Source: Carcharhinus amblyrhynchos (Eukaryota). Taken from it: DNA of 64,000 nt. Where the stretch lies: NCBI GenBank assembly GCA_965287045.1, contig OZ336886.1, forward strand, positions 25,668,001 through 25,732,000. The letters run 5' to 3'. Both the position numbers and the translations under genes were made by a program. Below, one piece after another: positions 1 through 11,854 of this stretch; the first letter of the stretch is position 1; each line of letters opens with the position of its first letter. The notes under the pieces were generated by a model. The model was given only the letters and a program-made list of their open reading frames with translations, searched no databases and was not told where the DNA came from.

Positions 1-224
1 ACTAGGAGATCTCCTGACACTGACATCACCACCCCATTCTCGTATTCTCCCCTTCCCTCCCACCATTGGTATGGAGCTCCCCCCTTCCTGGCCAATCACC
101 ACCCTTGCAGGGATTCCTTTCCTTACCGGATCACCATCACTACAAAGCACCCCCTTCCCTTCCCGATCAGCACGCCTGCAAATTTCTCTTTGTCTGTGAA
201 ATCACACATAAACAGGATGGTGAA

Positions 225-590
225 GATGATGTTTGGCTTCACTTGCCTTCATCGTTCAGCGCTTTGAGTACAGGAGTTGGGACATAATGATACAATCGCA
301 GAATACATTGGTACGCCCACCTTTGGAATATTGCGGACAATTCTGGTCGTCCTCCTATAGGAAGGATGTTAGTAAACTGGAAAAAGTGAAAAAGATATTT
401 GTTACTGACTGGAAGGTTTGAATTATAAGGAGAGGCTAGATAGGCTAGTACTTCTTTCCCAGGATCACTGGAGAATGAGGGGTCACCTTATAGATGTTTA
501 TAAAATCATGAGGGCTATAGATAAGGTGAATACCCAAGGTCTGTTCCCCAGGGCAGGAAATCCAAAAGTAAAGGCACAGGTTTAAGGTGT
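225..590 (+). mobile_element. CR1 LINE ORF2 3' fragment, degenerate
   Basis: LAFIVQRFEYRSWD...LVRPPLEYCGQFWS...RKDVSKLEKV matches the CR1 RT C-terminal region seen intact at 27083-28157. Confidence 0.85.
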
Positions 591-689
591 GAATCGCATT
601 TCTGACCTCCCATGTTACCTCCCTGATTCACCAGGCTGATTGACTGTCATGGCAAATGTGTAAGATTGTCACTGACCATGACAATTTGT

Positions 690-905
690 GAGGTCAAATG
701 AATTTTTTGAGGCACTGTATCCACTTCCACAAAGTTTGACACTTGGTATTGACCTCTAAAGAATCTGCTGCCACTGTATTGTAGTGTCTGGAGAGTCTCC
801 CAGCTCCCCACTGATCCAGGACATCTCTTACCTTTTCCATCTCCTCAAACAACATTTCCATTCCACAAACTTTGAAGCCTGCACACTCCCTTGCTATGTC
901 ATTCT
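690..905 (-). mobile_element. PIF/Harbinger Myb/SANT-like accessory ORF remnant
   Basis: ORF 694..990 contains ARECAGFKVCGMEMLFEEMEKVRDVL...EVNTKCQTLWKWIQCLKKF, resembling the trihelix pattern RF...LE.LVEEV..RR.VL...VN...RTW.QCRKKF. Confidence 0.7.
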
Positions 906-1593
906 TCAGTGTTTCACAGATCTGACTTCCTATGTGACCACATCGCCTGTTCCAGCTACATTTCATCTTCCCTTTTTGAAATGTAAGCAAGTTTTAACTG
1001 ATCTCAGCCACTCACAATACTGACTCCCTGCTCAGACCTCCAGCCCATCAACAACACAATTAGTGCTGCTTGGGCACCACAATGCTTCAGAACAACAGCT
1101 ACACTCCCGCACTGTACTAAATTAATGCAGGTTAATTATACATTGCACTTGCTGTGCTCATTTTTGAGGATCATAAAACGAACCTCCTTTGTCTTGGAAT
1201 GAATAAGGAAGGAGACTAGGAAAACCAAGAAGATTTAATGTATCTAGGAAAAACACATTTTCTGTTGGCAATGAACTTATTTCTGATATTCAAGAATTAA
1301 GCCAAAATGTGGCATCGCCCCACAAGATTTCTGTCCTTCATGACTGCAGATTATATTTAGAACAGGGAGGAGACTTGGAGAAAAACAATATTTTAAAATA
1401 ATTCAACTTTATGAGATGGAGTTCTAATTTAGAAAATGAAGTTGTATTTGATTAAGAGAATACCTACATAACATCCCATACTTTCTCTTTCACTTGACAG
1501 CGGCATATAATAAATGCCCAAATAGACATGTAATTTCAATGAAATTGGAGATACAAAAAGGATTTTTATAAATTAATTTTATTAGCTGCAAGC

Positions 1594-1730
1594 AGCAGGA
1601 TTTTTCAGTCACGTCCAACCCGAGACTGAAAATTCTATTCAAGGTTAAAGGACCTTTAAATGGCTCGTGAAATTTTCCATCCCACTCGCAACAATTCCCA
1701 CGGTGGGCAGGACCGGAAAATTTATCCGAA
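1594..1730. mobile_element. Short non-autonomous DNA transposon (MITE), related to 63531-63657
   Basis: Imperfect terminal inverted repeats (caggattttt ... ggaaaatttatcc) and internal similarity to 63531-63657. Confidence 0.5.
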
Positions 1731-4700
1731 ACAGCTTTTTCCTTTCTAAGTCAATAAACCAACAGTGGATACAGTTATACTGTCATTTTCATGTCTCTGC
1801 ACAGTGGATTCAGGTATATATCAATTGGAAAATAATTGTAGCTCTGCCTCTTTAAGAATCTGGCCCTCAAGTGCAACAATGGTGGGAATTCGCTAAAATG
1901 AGGTATACTTATAAATTAGCAATGGCTTCTGCACAAGTTCAATCAGGTACGAAGAGCTATTTTTTCTCAGTGAAAACTGCTATGACCACAGTTTACCTCA
2001 CACAGGTTTGCACTCTACAGAAACTACAGTGAACTTATGTTACTGTATCTGCAGTCTTAATTCTGTGCTGCAGCCTTAATGTGTGTTCTTGACAGTAAAT
2101 CAAATTGATTAAAATACCATTGAATGTGTTCTACTGGTTATTTATAGTAACACATCCAACAATGATACTCAGAATCTTATTAAAAAAATTGATTTAAAAA
2201 ATGCCCAAGTACTTTACTTTTCCTCTAATTACGAGTATATGGAATGTGGATTAGTTAGAACACATTGATGAAATGGTTATACATTGTAAAGCATTTGCCT
2301 TAATTTCTCTACAATACAGACAAACAATGCTCCAAAATTCAAATTTCAAGATGCTTTCCTTAAGTAAAGTGTGCAAGCATTCTTGATGCCATGAATAACA
2401 GAAACAAACATATTAAAGGCTCCTGGTAAAATGAAGAGCTGACTACTTATGAGATTCTGGCAGCCAAATAAGATTGATGTCTTGGATAAAATAGCTATTG
2501 CAGCGCAATTAAATCTATGGTTCATCACTATAATCTGTATTATTCATCTTTTTCAAGAATAAAGAAATCGTTAATTTTGTTGCAGCATATTTCTGTAATT
2601 GGGGATTTTGCAGCCTCTAATATCAGCTAATGGTTAAATTTCAATTTTGAAATTTTGCAGGTACACTTTCTATTTTAAATGTGTAAAAGTTGCTATTTTT
2701 ATAATTCAAGTAATGCATTTGAGTATATTTACAACAATCATAATTGCAGCATTTCTGAGTGATTCCGTCGCATGACATTTCACTTAAACAGCTTCTGGTT
2801 GTCTGACATAATTAAAATTTACTTTACAATACCAATAATTCATTAAAACAGTAAAAGCTTATCGCCAGTTAATAGACTCAAGCCACATGTATGGCAGCCA
2901 TTTCTTCAGTACTACTCCAAAACCTCATTGTTATTTTCCATAATTCCCCTTTCAAGACTCATCACAATCCACTCAAATAGATTCTTCGGTAGGATGTTCC
3001 AGTCCCACCCAAATTACTGGACGTTTGCCTGGCTCATCACATCTGCCACGGAGGATGTGCCATGCCAGAGTCGAATATCCCACCCCATTCAATAGATTAG
3101 ATTTTGCAATGCATTTGTTGAACAGTTTTCTCTCGCAAATCACAAAAGTTCCCATAAGCCAAAACATTCCCCAACGATCCAGAAGACGTATTTTTTTGAT
3201 GATTCTCTTTGCTGAGCCCCATGACCAGCAGATTAAGAATTATCTTTACTTGCAGTAATCTACTTATTGGATTTGCCACAGTATAATACCATTATTTTCA
3301 AACTGACAGGGTACTGAGCATAGACCAGAGATTTCACAAGTTGAAGTAACTGGAGATAATTATTTCCAATAAATGGAATTATGAACCACAAATAAATCTT
3401 GCAAATGCTGCATGTACTGGAAAGCTCATAGCCTGTTTGATTAGCAGCTCTCTGAGGGAGAAGTTCCTGTTGCTGAGAAGTGGAGATTCCAACTCAAGCC
3501 ACTTGATGGTTGTGGCCTTCCTCCAGAAGTAGACATGCCCATAGAAACATAAAACCACTCATGTTTGGATGAAGCACAACACATGGTTATTCAAACTATT
3601 TTAATTGATTATCTGAATATTGACATGTATTATTCCTTCTTCTCATTCAAACACATGAAAATAAACTATTTTAGCTCTTAGTAGTTCGAAATAAATCTAA
3701 CAAGCCCACTGGTCATCATGTGTGATTATGGTCTTTACTGGTCCTAGCATCTTGATAGAACTTTTGTTAACATTCGCAGGACAATGAATAGAATATCTTG
3801 GTCTGTCAAATCTTTTTAATATTTTGGAATCCCTCTTATTCTTCACATGGTCTATCAGCAGGCTTTGATAAGAATATTCAGCCCCACTGCAGTTACAAAA
3901 TACTAAAGAAATGTAATAAACATTGATCTAAAAAGTTAGTAACAATATGATACATTGACATATCATATCATCTACCTTCCTGAAATTAACAAGATTTCAA
4001 GGTTGTAACAGACCATACTTGTATAAGAAGAAAACATTCATATGCAATTTCCATCCTCCTTATGTCTTTATGAGCTATGCGCTAACCAAAATCTACCTGC
4101 ATCTAAGTGCAAATTTGATTCAAGAATACTCTGAGAACCATGCTTCATTTGCTCCTTTGTTGCCAAGGCTGGATGGAAAGTCAGAACTGCCAGCCTAATT
4201 TTAAATAGAATTCTGTCATCTTCATTCACAATGTTTAAAAATTTGCGTAACGTGCATCGAGACTTCCTCTCAACCCTGTTACCAGGTGGATTTCAACAAA
4301 CTTCACAACACATGTAGTGAAATCAGTTTGTGGCTACAAGTGGCTTTTAAATTCTCATTTTGTACCCAATTTAGATAATCAGTTATCAGACTAAAACACG
4401 GGGAAACATATTTCAATACAACAAGGAGGCTTAAAATTACTGGTAAATCCCATTGCAATTTCATGTGCCTGTAATACTGTTGTTTTAAGCCTACTATACA
4501 TTTATGGAATAGTTTGCAGATTAAGAACTAATTTCTGTTTCAATCATCTGCCTTTTATCCAGTGAAATATAAACCTTATCAAATTTATCTTGAACCCTCT
4601 CATTTCAGGAAAATAAAGAACGTGAGTAATCGAAGTGTTGGTTAATTTGGCTGTATTAGTGAGAAGAACAGATGACCGCAAAATAGAATGGAAGCTTTTA

Positions 4701-6544
4701 CCTACAGAAAATAGAAATAAGGATTACCACATCACTAAATTTCCTCAAAAATGGGAAATTAGAGGAATTTCAGTATGGAACTTCTGCAGCACGACACTAA
4801 AGTGGGAAAGTAGTGGGTCATGGTCAAAATTTACAAAAATAACTGTGGTTGATGAAATTCAACACGGAGAATGCTGAATCAGCTAGTGGAGAAGCATGTG
4901 ACCTGTGACTGCCAGTAGATTCAACGCTTACTATGTTCAGTCCACCACTCAGCTTTATTCGCCAGTCTAAGACTATCATGTTGAATTTGTACAGTGCTTG
5001 AATCAGTCCATACATTGAATTCCAAGTTCAGTTTTGTTCACCAGGGCACTAAAGAAACAAGCAGCGTACAAAGATGCAGTGGAAAATAATGTGGCAGATG
5101 ATTAGTTTCTGAAAAAAGCATTAAGGCTGAAAAATACAAAAACATTCAACTGAAGCATAAACGGAAGAGAGCTAAATGATAAATAATAACCTATCTGGAA
5201 CACTATGTCAAAGTAAACCATGATAGTTCTGGTAAGAATAAGCTGATCAAACATGCAAAAAACTGAATAGTCTTATAGAGGTGAAAATGGAGGAATAAAC
5301 TCAAATTTTGCAATTATTAGTTACTCTGCTGGGGAATCCATATGTTTCTATAAAAGAATGGGCAAGATGGGCAAACTGTTCTTCCTCATTTATCTTTGTG
5401 TACGTGGAGAATTCAGAGAAGTGTTTCCTATCTGTTATGGAACAAAAGTTACATTTATAATTGTGTAAAACAACTTTGGATCTTAATTGTAACTTCGTCC
5501 TTCAATGCAAAACCAGTTGACCATTAATCACAGCTACAATTTTCTGATTAGTTAAGGCTATTGCATTATTTCAGAGACCGACATACTAGACATTAGGTAT
5601 TAGAGTTAGTAAAGGCAGAGAACTGATTATCTGCAACACACGTTAAGCGTTAGATTCCTTTCAAATGATTATCAGCAAGACACTTTTTCAATGTGACACT
5701 GAAATATTCTCAGATTCTCTATCTGGCCAGTACCATCAAATCTCCTTATTATCATGCTACTTTGTTCTGGTTGTCATACAATTTCAAAAGAAGAAGAAAA
5801 TAATTCCCTTTTCATTTCTATCTTTTAGCATGCTTCAGGCAATAATGAATGTGCTTTGTGTCTCAATTTTCTGAGCATTAGCATCACAGCATCCCTGAAA
5901 CAAAATCATTGTCTTCCTCATCTAACAACACAAAAAATCTGTAGCATAGAGATTAACATCAAATTTCTTTCCTGATCTGAATGCACATTCTGTATTCATA
6001 TCCTATTTGGTCCCATCACATATGTTAACTTGCTTCATGTCCATGTGAATGTACTTTCATATTTCAATTGGGATTATTAGAGAATTTTGTACTCTTCATA
6101 CTGGTCATTTTCTCTGTTGACTTAATATTAATTTCTCTGTTGTTTTTAGCGTATGCAGTATGATTTCATGTTCTTTTATTCACAAGTAAGTGCCTTGGTA
6201 CTGTACAAAAATATTTGCTCTATGATTCACAGCTATTCATTCTCCATCAATGGTATATAGTCTGCATAAACAAGGCAGCCAGAAATTCTGTTTATGGTCT
6301 CAACCTACTAGAATATCTGCATGTGCAAATATCATGGAAAAATGAAGCCAGATGCATCTTAATGCCATACAGTTGATTAGATGTCCACCACATATTGTCA
6401 AGGTTCACAATATAACAACAGTCATCAGGCTGAGATAACAAAACAGCAGTTGATACCCCGAAGACCCAGGCTCAGATTTCAGTTGATACCACTGGGAATA
6501 TTCCAGTTGATCACTAATTAGAAATAAAACTGCAAACTGGTGAG

Positions 6545-9500
6545 TGTAGAATGTTCAGGCTTGCAAAACTTAATGTGGCACTTGGAAATAGTACTACACA
6601 TATTATGATGTAGAGAGTCACATGGGAGTAGTATAGTAGTGAGACTGCATTAGAATAGCATTCAATCAGCCTGGATTCTATTACATATGTATGCAGCTAT
6701 GTGTTATCAATAAACAGCTACTGCTCAACCATACAAGCCTTTAGATTTCTTCATGAGACAATATACAAGCTTTCAACATGGTGGCAGCTGGTGAAAGATG
6801 CCAAAATTCTCAAAAATGAAGTAATAAAAAAACTGCAGACTGACTTGTGATATGAGCGCCCAACTTGAAGACCTAGAGATCAGCTAAGAAGCACCATTAC
6901 AGGCATGGAGGCTGAAGGCAGAAGAAAGGTCGACCGCGCAGTGTAAGAGGACTCCACCAGAGCACATGGAAGTGTTGCAAGACTCAACAAAAGCAGTCAA
7001 AGGATCTAGCCAGACCATAAGTAAGGCTGAATTAAGCTTTTAAATTCAGTGCAATAATTAGCAGATCAATTGTTTCAATGAGGGTGGCTTGAAGAACTCT
7101 GCAACCTGGATCCAGAGTTGGTGTTATAACACATGGCGATTAAGTGCTAACAGAAAAAAAAGAGAAGTCACAGCAAAAGATTGGCTTCAATTCGATTCCC
7201 AAAGCTTAGGAAACTAAAACAATTTGTTCAAAAGATGTTCTACAAAAATGTGTAAGTTTAAAATGGCTCTGTAATTGTGACGGAAACTCAACAAACTCTG
7301 ATAAGAGCAGAAAGAGAAAGAAGGATCATTGCAAAGTTGCAATTCGCTAGTGAATACTTAAATATTTGTTTTGCCAGGAATTACAGATTCCAACACCTCT
7401 CAAGCTCCCAAAGGACTCTGCAATGATACAGTAAGATAGAAAGGGGCATCCACATTGTTAAAATGCTCTTGAAGAAAAGTGACAACTTTTGATATACCCC
7501 ACTACAATGCAGATTAGCCCCACTGAAGCTGCTGATGGACAGAAAAATTTGTATTCAACTTCCTATGCTACTGAAGAAACTAATCCCAGGATTGGCAGAC
7601 AGGCATTAAATTCAGGACCAGGAACAGTCCCATCAACGGTGACAAGCTTCCATTTGCAATAAAAGGTACTGTACTAGAAAACTTTCTAGGCTGAACAGCG
7701 GTGGCTAGGTTCGAAACAGGGATCTTGACAGAGAACATGTCATTGTCCTGATGGATGAAAATCAATGACAGTCTTACTTCATAGATACCTCAGAAGTCAT
7801 CTCCTCATGCCTTATGGTAAATCTCTTACCATACATTTGAGTGAACTAGATGTCAAACCCAAATAACTGCAACACCAAGTATTACTATTTCAACTCCAGT
7901 CTAACAAAGTCAGTCCAAAGAGGTTGTAACTACTCAAATCTTGAAAAAAAAAGATCTGGAACTTGTAAAGCCTCCAGAGTGATTACTTAAAGTCAGGGAC
8001 TTGGGGGTGGGGCTTGGTAGAGGTTGCATGCTAATATTGTTGTAAACAAATTTGGGTAAAGACTTGAGGGTGTAGTGTAGTACCAGGATGTTTGGGACTT
8101 TAAAAGTAAATGTGGGACTGGGGTAATATTACTATTGTGACCCTTTTTAAAGTGGTTTTGCTTTAAAGTGCTTTTTTTTGTGCCAAGGTTCCACTTAAAG
8201 TGGAGTAATCCCTGTTTTAATAGTTATGAACGGGGTGCTTACATCCTCACACCTCAACGTGATGACACCATCACATTGGGGTGCTTGCACAGCCAGCTCC
8301 AGAAAATGTGTGTGAAGCCTAGCTTGCGATCGTTGCAATTTTATCCTTTCTCTTCATTTGAGGAGCATTATTTTGCTGTATTTTCAGGTAACCCACTGCA
8401 CTGAACTAAATTTTAATTTTAAACTTTTTAATGTACCCTCATAGTTTTGGAAGAATTCTCCACTGGACTGTATCTTACAGTACAGACACTGCACCATAAA
8501 CTTTGTTTTCCAAGTTCCTTTGCTGCTAGTACAGTATGCATTGTACTGTACAGCACTTTGGAGGAACCTGGTGTAAACTTGGTGTTTCAAAACAGTTTCT
8601 GCAATAAAGAAACCTGCAAGGCAAGGCACCAATCTTAAACTCACTTACTGTACAGTATTTGAGACTTGTGATCCCACCTGACCATTAGCCAGAGCTGCCC
8701 TGCAACAGGTAGCAGTAAGCCTGCTGCTGCAAGAAATAAGGAAAAACCTCACCCTAGCTTGAAATTAGATGTTTGAAAATGGCTTGAGGCAGGAGAATGC
8801 ACAGCTAATGTTGCGAGTGAGCTTGGCTATCAAATACAATAATGGGAACAATTTATGGTAACACTGACAAAGTCTTACACCTTTAAGTGCTGGCAGGCTG
8901 AGTCAGTCTAGAAGCAGCATTATGACAAGCATGGAAAGACTCTTGGCTGTTTGGATTAAGGCCAAAATCAGTGACAGGTGCCTCAGTTTTTGGGATCCAA
9001 GAAAAAGCCAAAAGCCTGTACAAAGCCTTACAGAATGAGCAGGTAGGAGTTCACAGCCAAAAAGGATGGTTCAACCATTTCAAGAAGCATGCCTGTCTAC
9101 ACATCATTAGAGAGTCTAGCAAGGCAGCTACTGCTGATACATAAACAGCTGTTGATATCCCTGCTATGTGAAGAGAGTCACTGAAGGAGGTGGCTACTCA
9201 GCAAAAGAGATTTTCAATGTTAATGAAACAGAACCTTTCTGGAAATGATACATCAGCAAACACATATTTTGCAAGAGAAGGCAGCACCAGGATTCAAAGC
9301 TGCCAAAAACTGACTAACTGTTCTCCTTGCTGGGAGCACTGAAAGAGATTTTAAGTTAAGTTAGTATGTCAGTGTGAGACATTTAGAGGTTACTTTGAGA
9401 AGCATCTGTGTGCCATCTGGCACACGAATAAGAAAGCCTGGATGATGGAGGCATTCTTTCAGGAATGGTTCTCTCCATTTGCCATCCCTACCTAGAGGGC

Positions 9501-11045
9501 ATATTGTGTGAGAGAAAATCTTGCCTTCAGATTTTGCTCCTATAGGATAATTACCTGGATCATCTTATCAGCCTCGATGAAATCTCTGAAAACGTGAAGG
9601 TGATTTTCCTGCTACCCAACAGGTCTGCAATGATACCTGTCCATAGATTAGGGAGCAATAGCAACATTCAAGGTCTACTGTCTCCACTGTACCTTCTCTC
9701 AACTCATCAAGGAAACTGATGGTGAGAACACATCATCAGCCAGGGAATTTTGGCATGGCTACGACCTTGCTGATTCTTGGGAGGAAGTCACATCATTGTA
9801 TCTGAATGGTATGTAACGGAGGCTGTGGTCTGAGTGTGCTGGTGGCCAAGAATCTCATGACATTCTTCCTGAGGTTTCACATGAAATCATGACTTTGGTA
9901 AAGGAGGCTAGCTTTGATGAAGTGAATGAGGCTGATATGCTGAAATTGCTTGCATCCTATGCAGTATAATTGTCTATTGAGGACTTAATGCAGCTAAAGT
10001 CAACAAGCTGAAGAGGATGACAGTGCTGAAACACCACCCATTTGAGTTTTATCAAAGGAACAACTGTCAAGATTTTTCTAACTCATGGACAAAGGGATGA
10101 AAATTTTAACAGAGAACGACCTGAACAAAGAACACAGTGCCGGAGAGAACAGAGCATTCAATGATTCCATGAGCTGTTTAAAGGTCTACCAGAAAAAGTA
10201 AAAGTAAGCTGTCTAACAGACCTTGGATACACTTTTCTAGTGTGTTGGGGATCCTGGCCCTTTATGCCATTAACTCCACCAAGATCTGGTTGTTGCACAC
10301 AACTTTCAATTCAAAAGAAGCAATGTTTTCAAAAGATCCTCAAAATCCAGTGGCAAGAAAGGTGGTGCAACAGCAAGGTCTTCCCCTGAGCCAAAATGGC
10401 CAACATTAAGGCTCTAAATCGCAACTCTGATGCTCTAAATCATTCAAAGCCACCTCTGCTGAAATGCTTTAGGCATGCCCTCAAGCATTTCTGAGTATGT
10501 CAAACATCACCAGCAACTTACGGTGACCAACCAGAATGGGAGTTCAGTTGGGAATGTACAAACAAAATAAAACACTTGCCCACATGTGGTAGAGTCTGCA
10601 GATTATTCATTGCACTTATTGTATCAGCAATTCCAGAACCCATAACTGGAGCAAAAGCAATTCACCCCCAGCCGGGGTGACTGCTTACGAGACACTAGTT
10701 GTCTAACTTATATTAATACAGTATGTCTGTCATATTCAGTGATTTCTCTTCTATTTTGCAATTTATTTCAGATAGGAATGCACAGCATTGCACATGTATT
10801 ATACAGAGTTTCAATTTTGTATATTGATTTTTCAGGCAAAATTTGTCCTCAGGAACCTAAGTCTGACTTCAACATTGATTCCCATGGGAAACCATGCTTC
10901 ACATAAAGGGGTTTCACTGAAAGTGGTAATTTTCAGAAACACAACCATCACATTAATTGAACGCTCCCCATATATATGTAGTAAATAAACAGTTATCATT
11001 TAACCATTCAGGCCTTGAGACCTTTTCTTGAGACAACAAGCTTTT
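6545..11045 (+). mobile_element. Old, internally deleted Gypsy-type LTR retrotransposon
   Basis: 5' LTR ~6545-6778 (TG...CA) is followed by PBS-like TGGTGGCAGC. An integrase remnant at ~7370-7570 reads IERGIHIVKMLLKK...LAPLKLLMDRK. The 3' LTR is split into ~8076-8133 and ~10971-11045, both similar to the 5' LTR. Confidence 0.7.
8135..10970 (+). mobile_element. Tigger/pogo DNA transposon with pseudogenised transposase (~8730-10230)
   Basis: Frameshifted motifs MERLLAVWI, IQEKAKSLY, GWFNHFKK, GGYSAKEIFNVNETEPFWK and APGFKAAKN.LTVLLAG are typical of Tigger1/TIGD1-like CENP-B/DDE transposases. Confidence 0.88.
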
Positions 11046-11149
11046 TTTTGTCCTAATCAGGGAGAAGTTTTTAATCTTACTGCTGGTAAGCTTGTCATGT
11101 GAGAACTACAGGACATTTGGTGTGCTCAAGATAATTATGTGCAGAAAGT

Positions 11150-11695
11150 ATCATCAGGACACAACAGTGATAAGGGATTTAACACATAGGGGAATAGATT
11201 GGCATTTGTGTGAGTATAGCTGTGATCCCAGGATGGTACAACCTTCCTAGTCCAGGGTCAAGGATATCACTGACAGGCTGTAACACCAAAGAGAGATTAC
11301 AGAAAATGATAACGCAGGTGAATGCACGGTTCATGATTCCTGGGGAACTGCGCCCAATTCCCCGGAAGGTGAGACATGAACTAACAGTTTGCATGTCAAC
11401 AAGCTGAGATCAATAGTATAGTATGGGGGGGTGGAATTGGGCAGAGTGAACATTAATTTCTGAAAGGAAGACAAATTTTTGACAACCCTGTTAGAGCCTT
11501 CTGAGGATATAACCAATAGAATATATTAGACAGAACCAGCTGATGTGGTGTGTTTGGATTTTCAGAGGGCATTGGATAAAGTCACACACAAGAGGTTAGT
11601 TAATAAATTTAGACCACGTGAGATTAGGAATAATATAATGGCATTGATTAGCTAAAGAGCAGAAACACAGACTAGCGGGCTGAGAATAGTGAGGT
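11150..11695 (+). mobile_element. Old CR1 LINE fragments (ORF1 esterase-like and RT start); RT continues at 17243-17560
   Basis: RVKDITDRL-type ORF1 motif, then EPADVVCLDFQRALDKVTHKRL. RT sequence (NISKFVYDT...) resumes after the LTR element. Confidence 0.7.
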
Positions 11696-11854
11696 ATGGC
11701 AAGGAGCAGGGCCTGGGCCTGCGATGATCTGGATGTGGGAACCATCTGAAATTTATGATCCTTTCCCAACCACCACCACCGACCACCCCCATCCCTCCAC
11801 CAGGTTCCATTGCCACCACACCACTGACCTCCCCCCCTGCCCCCCCCCAAGATC

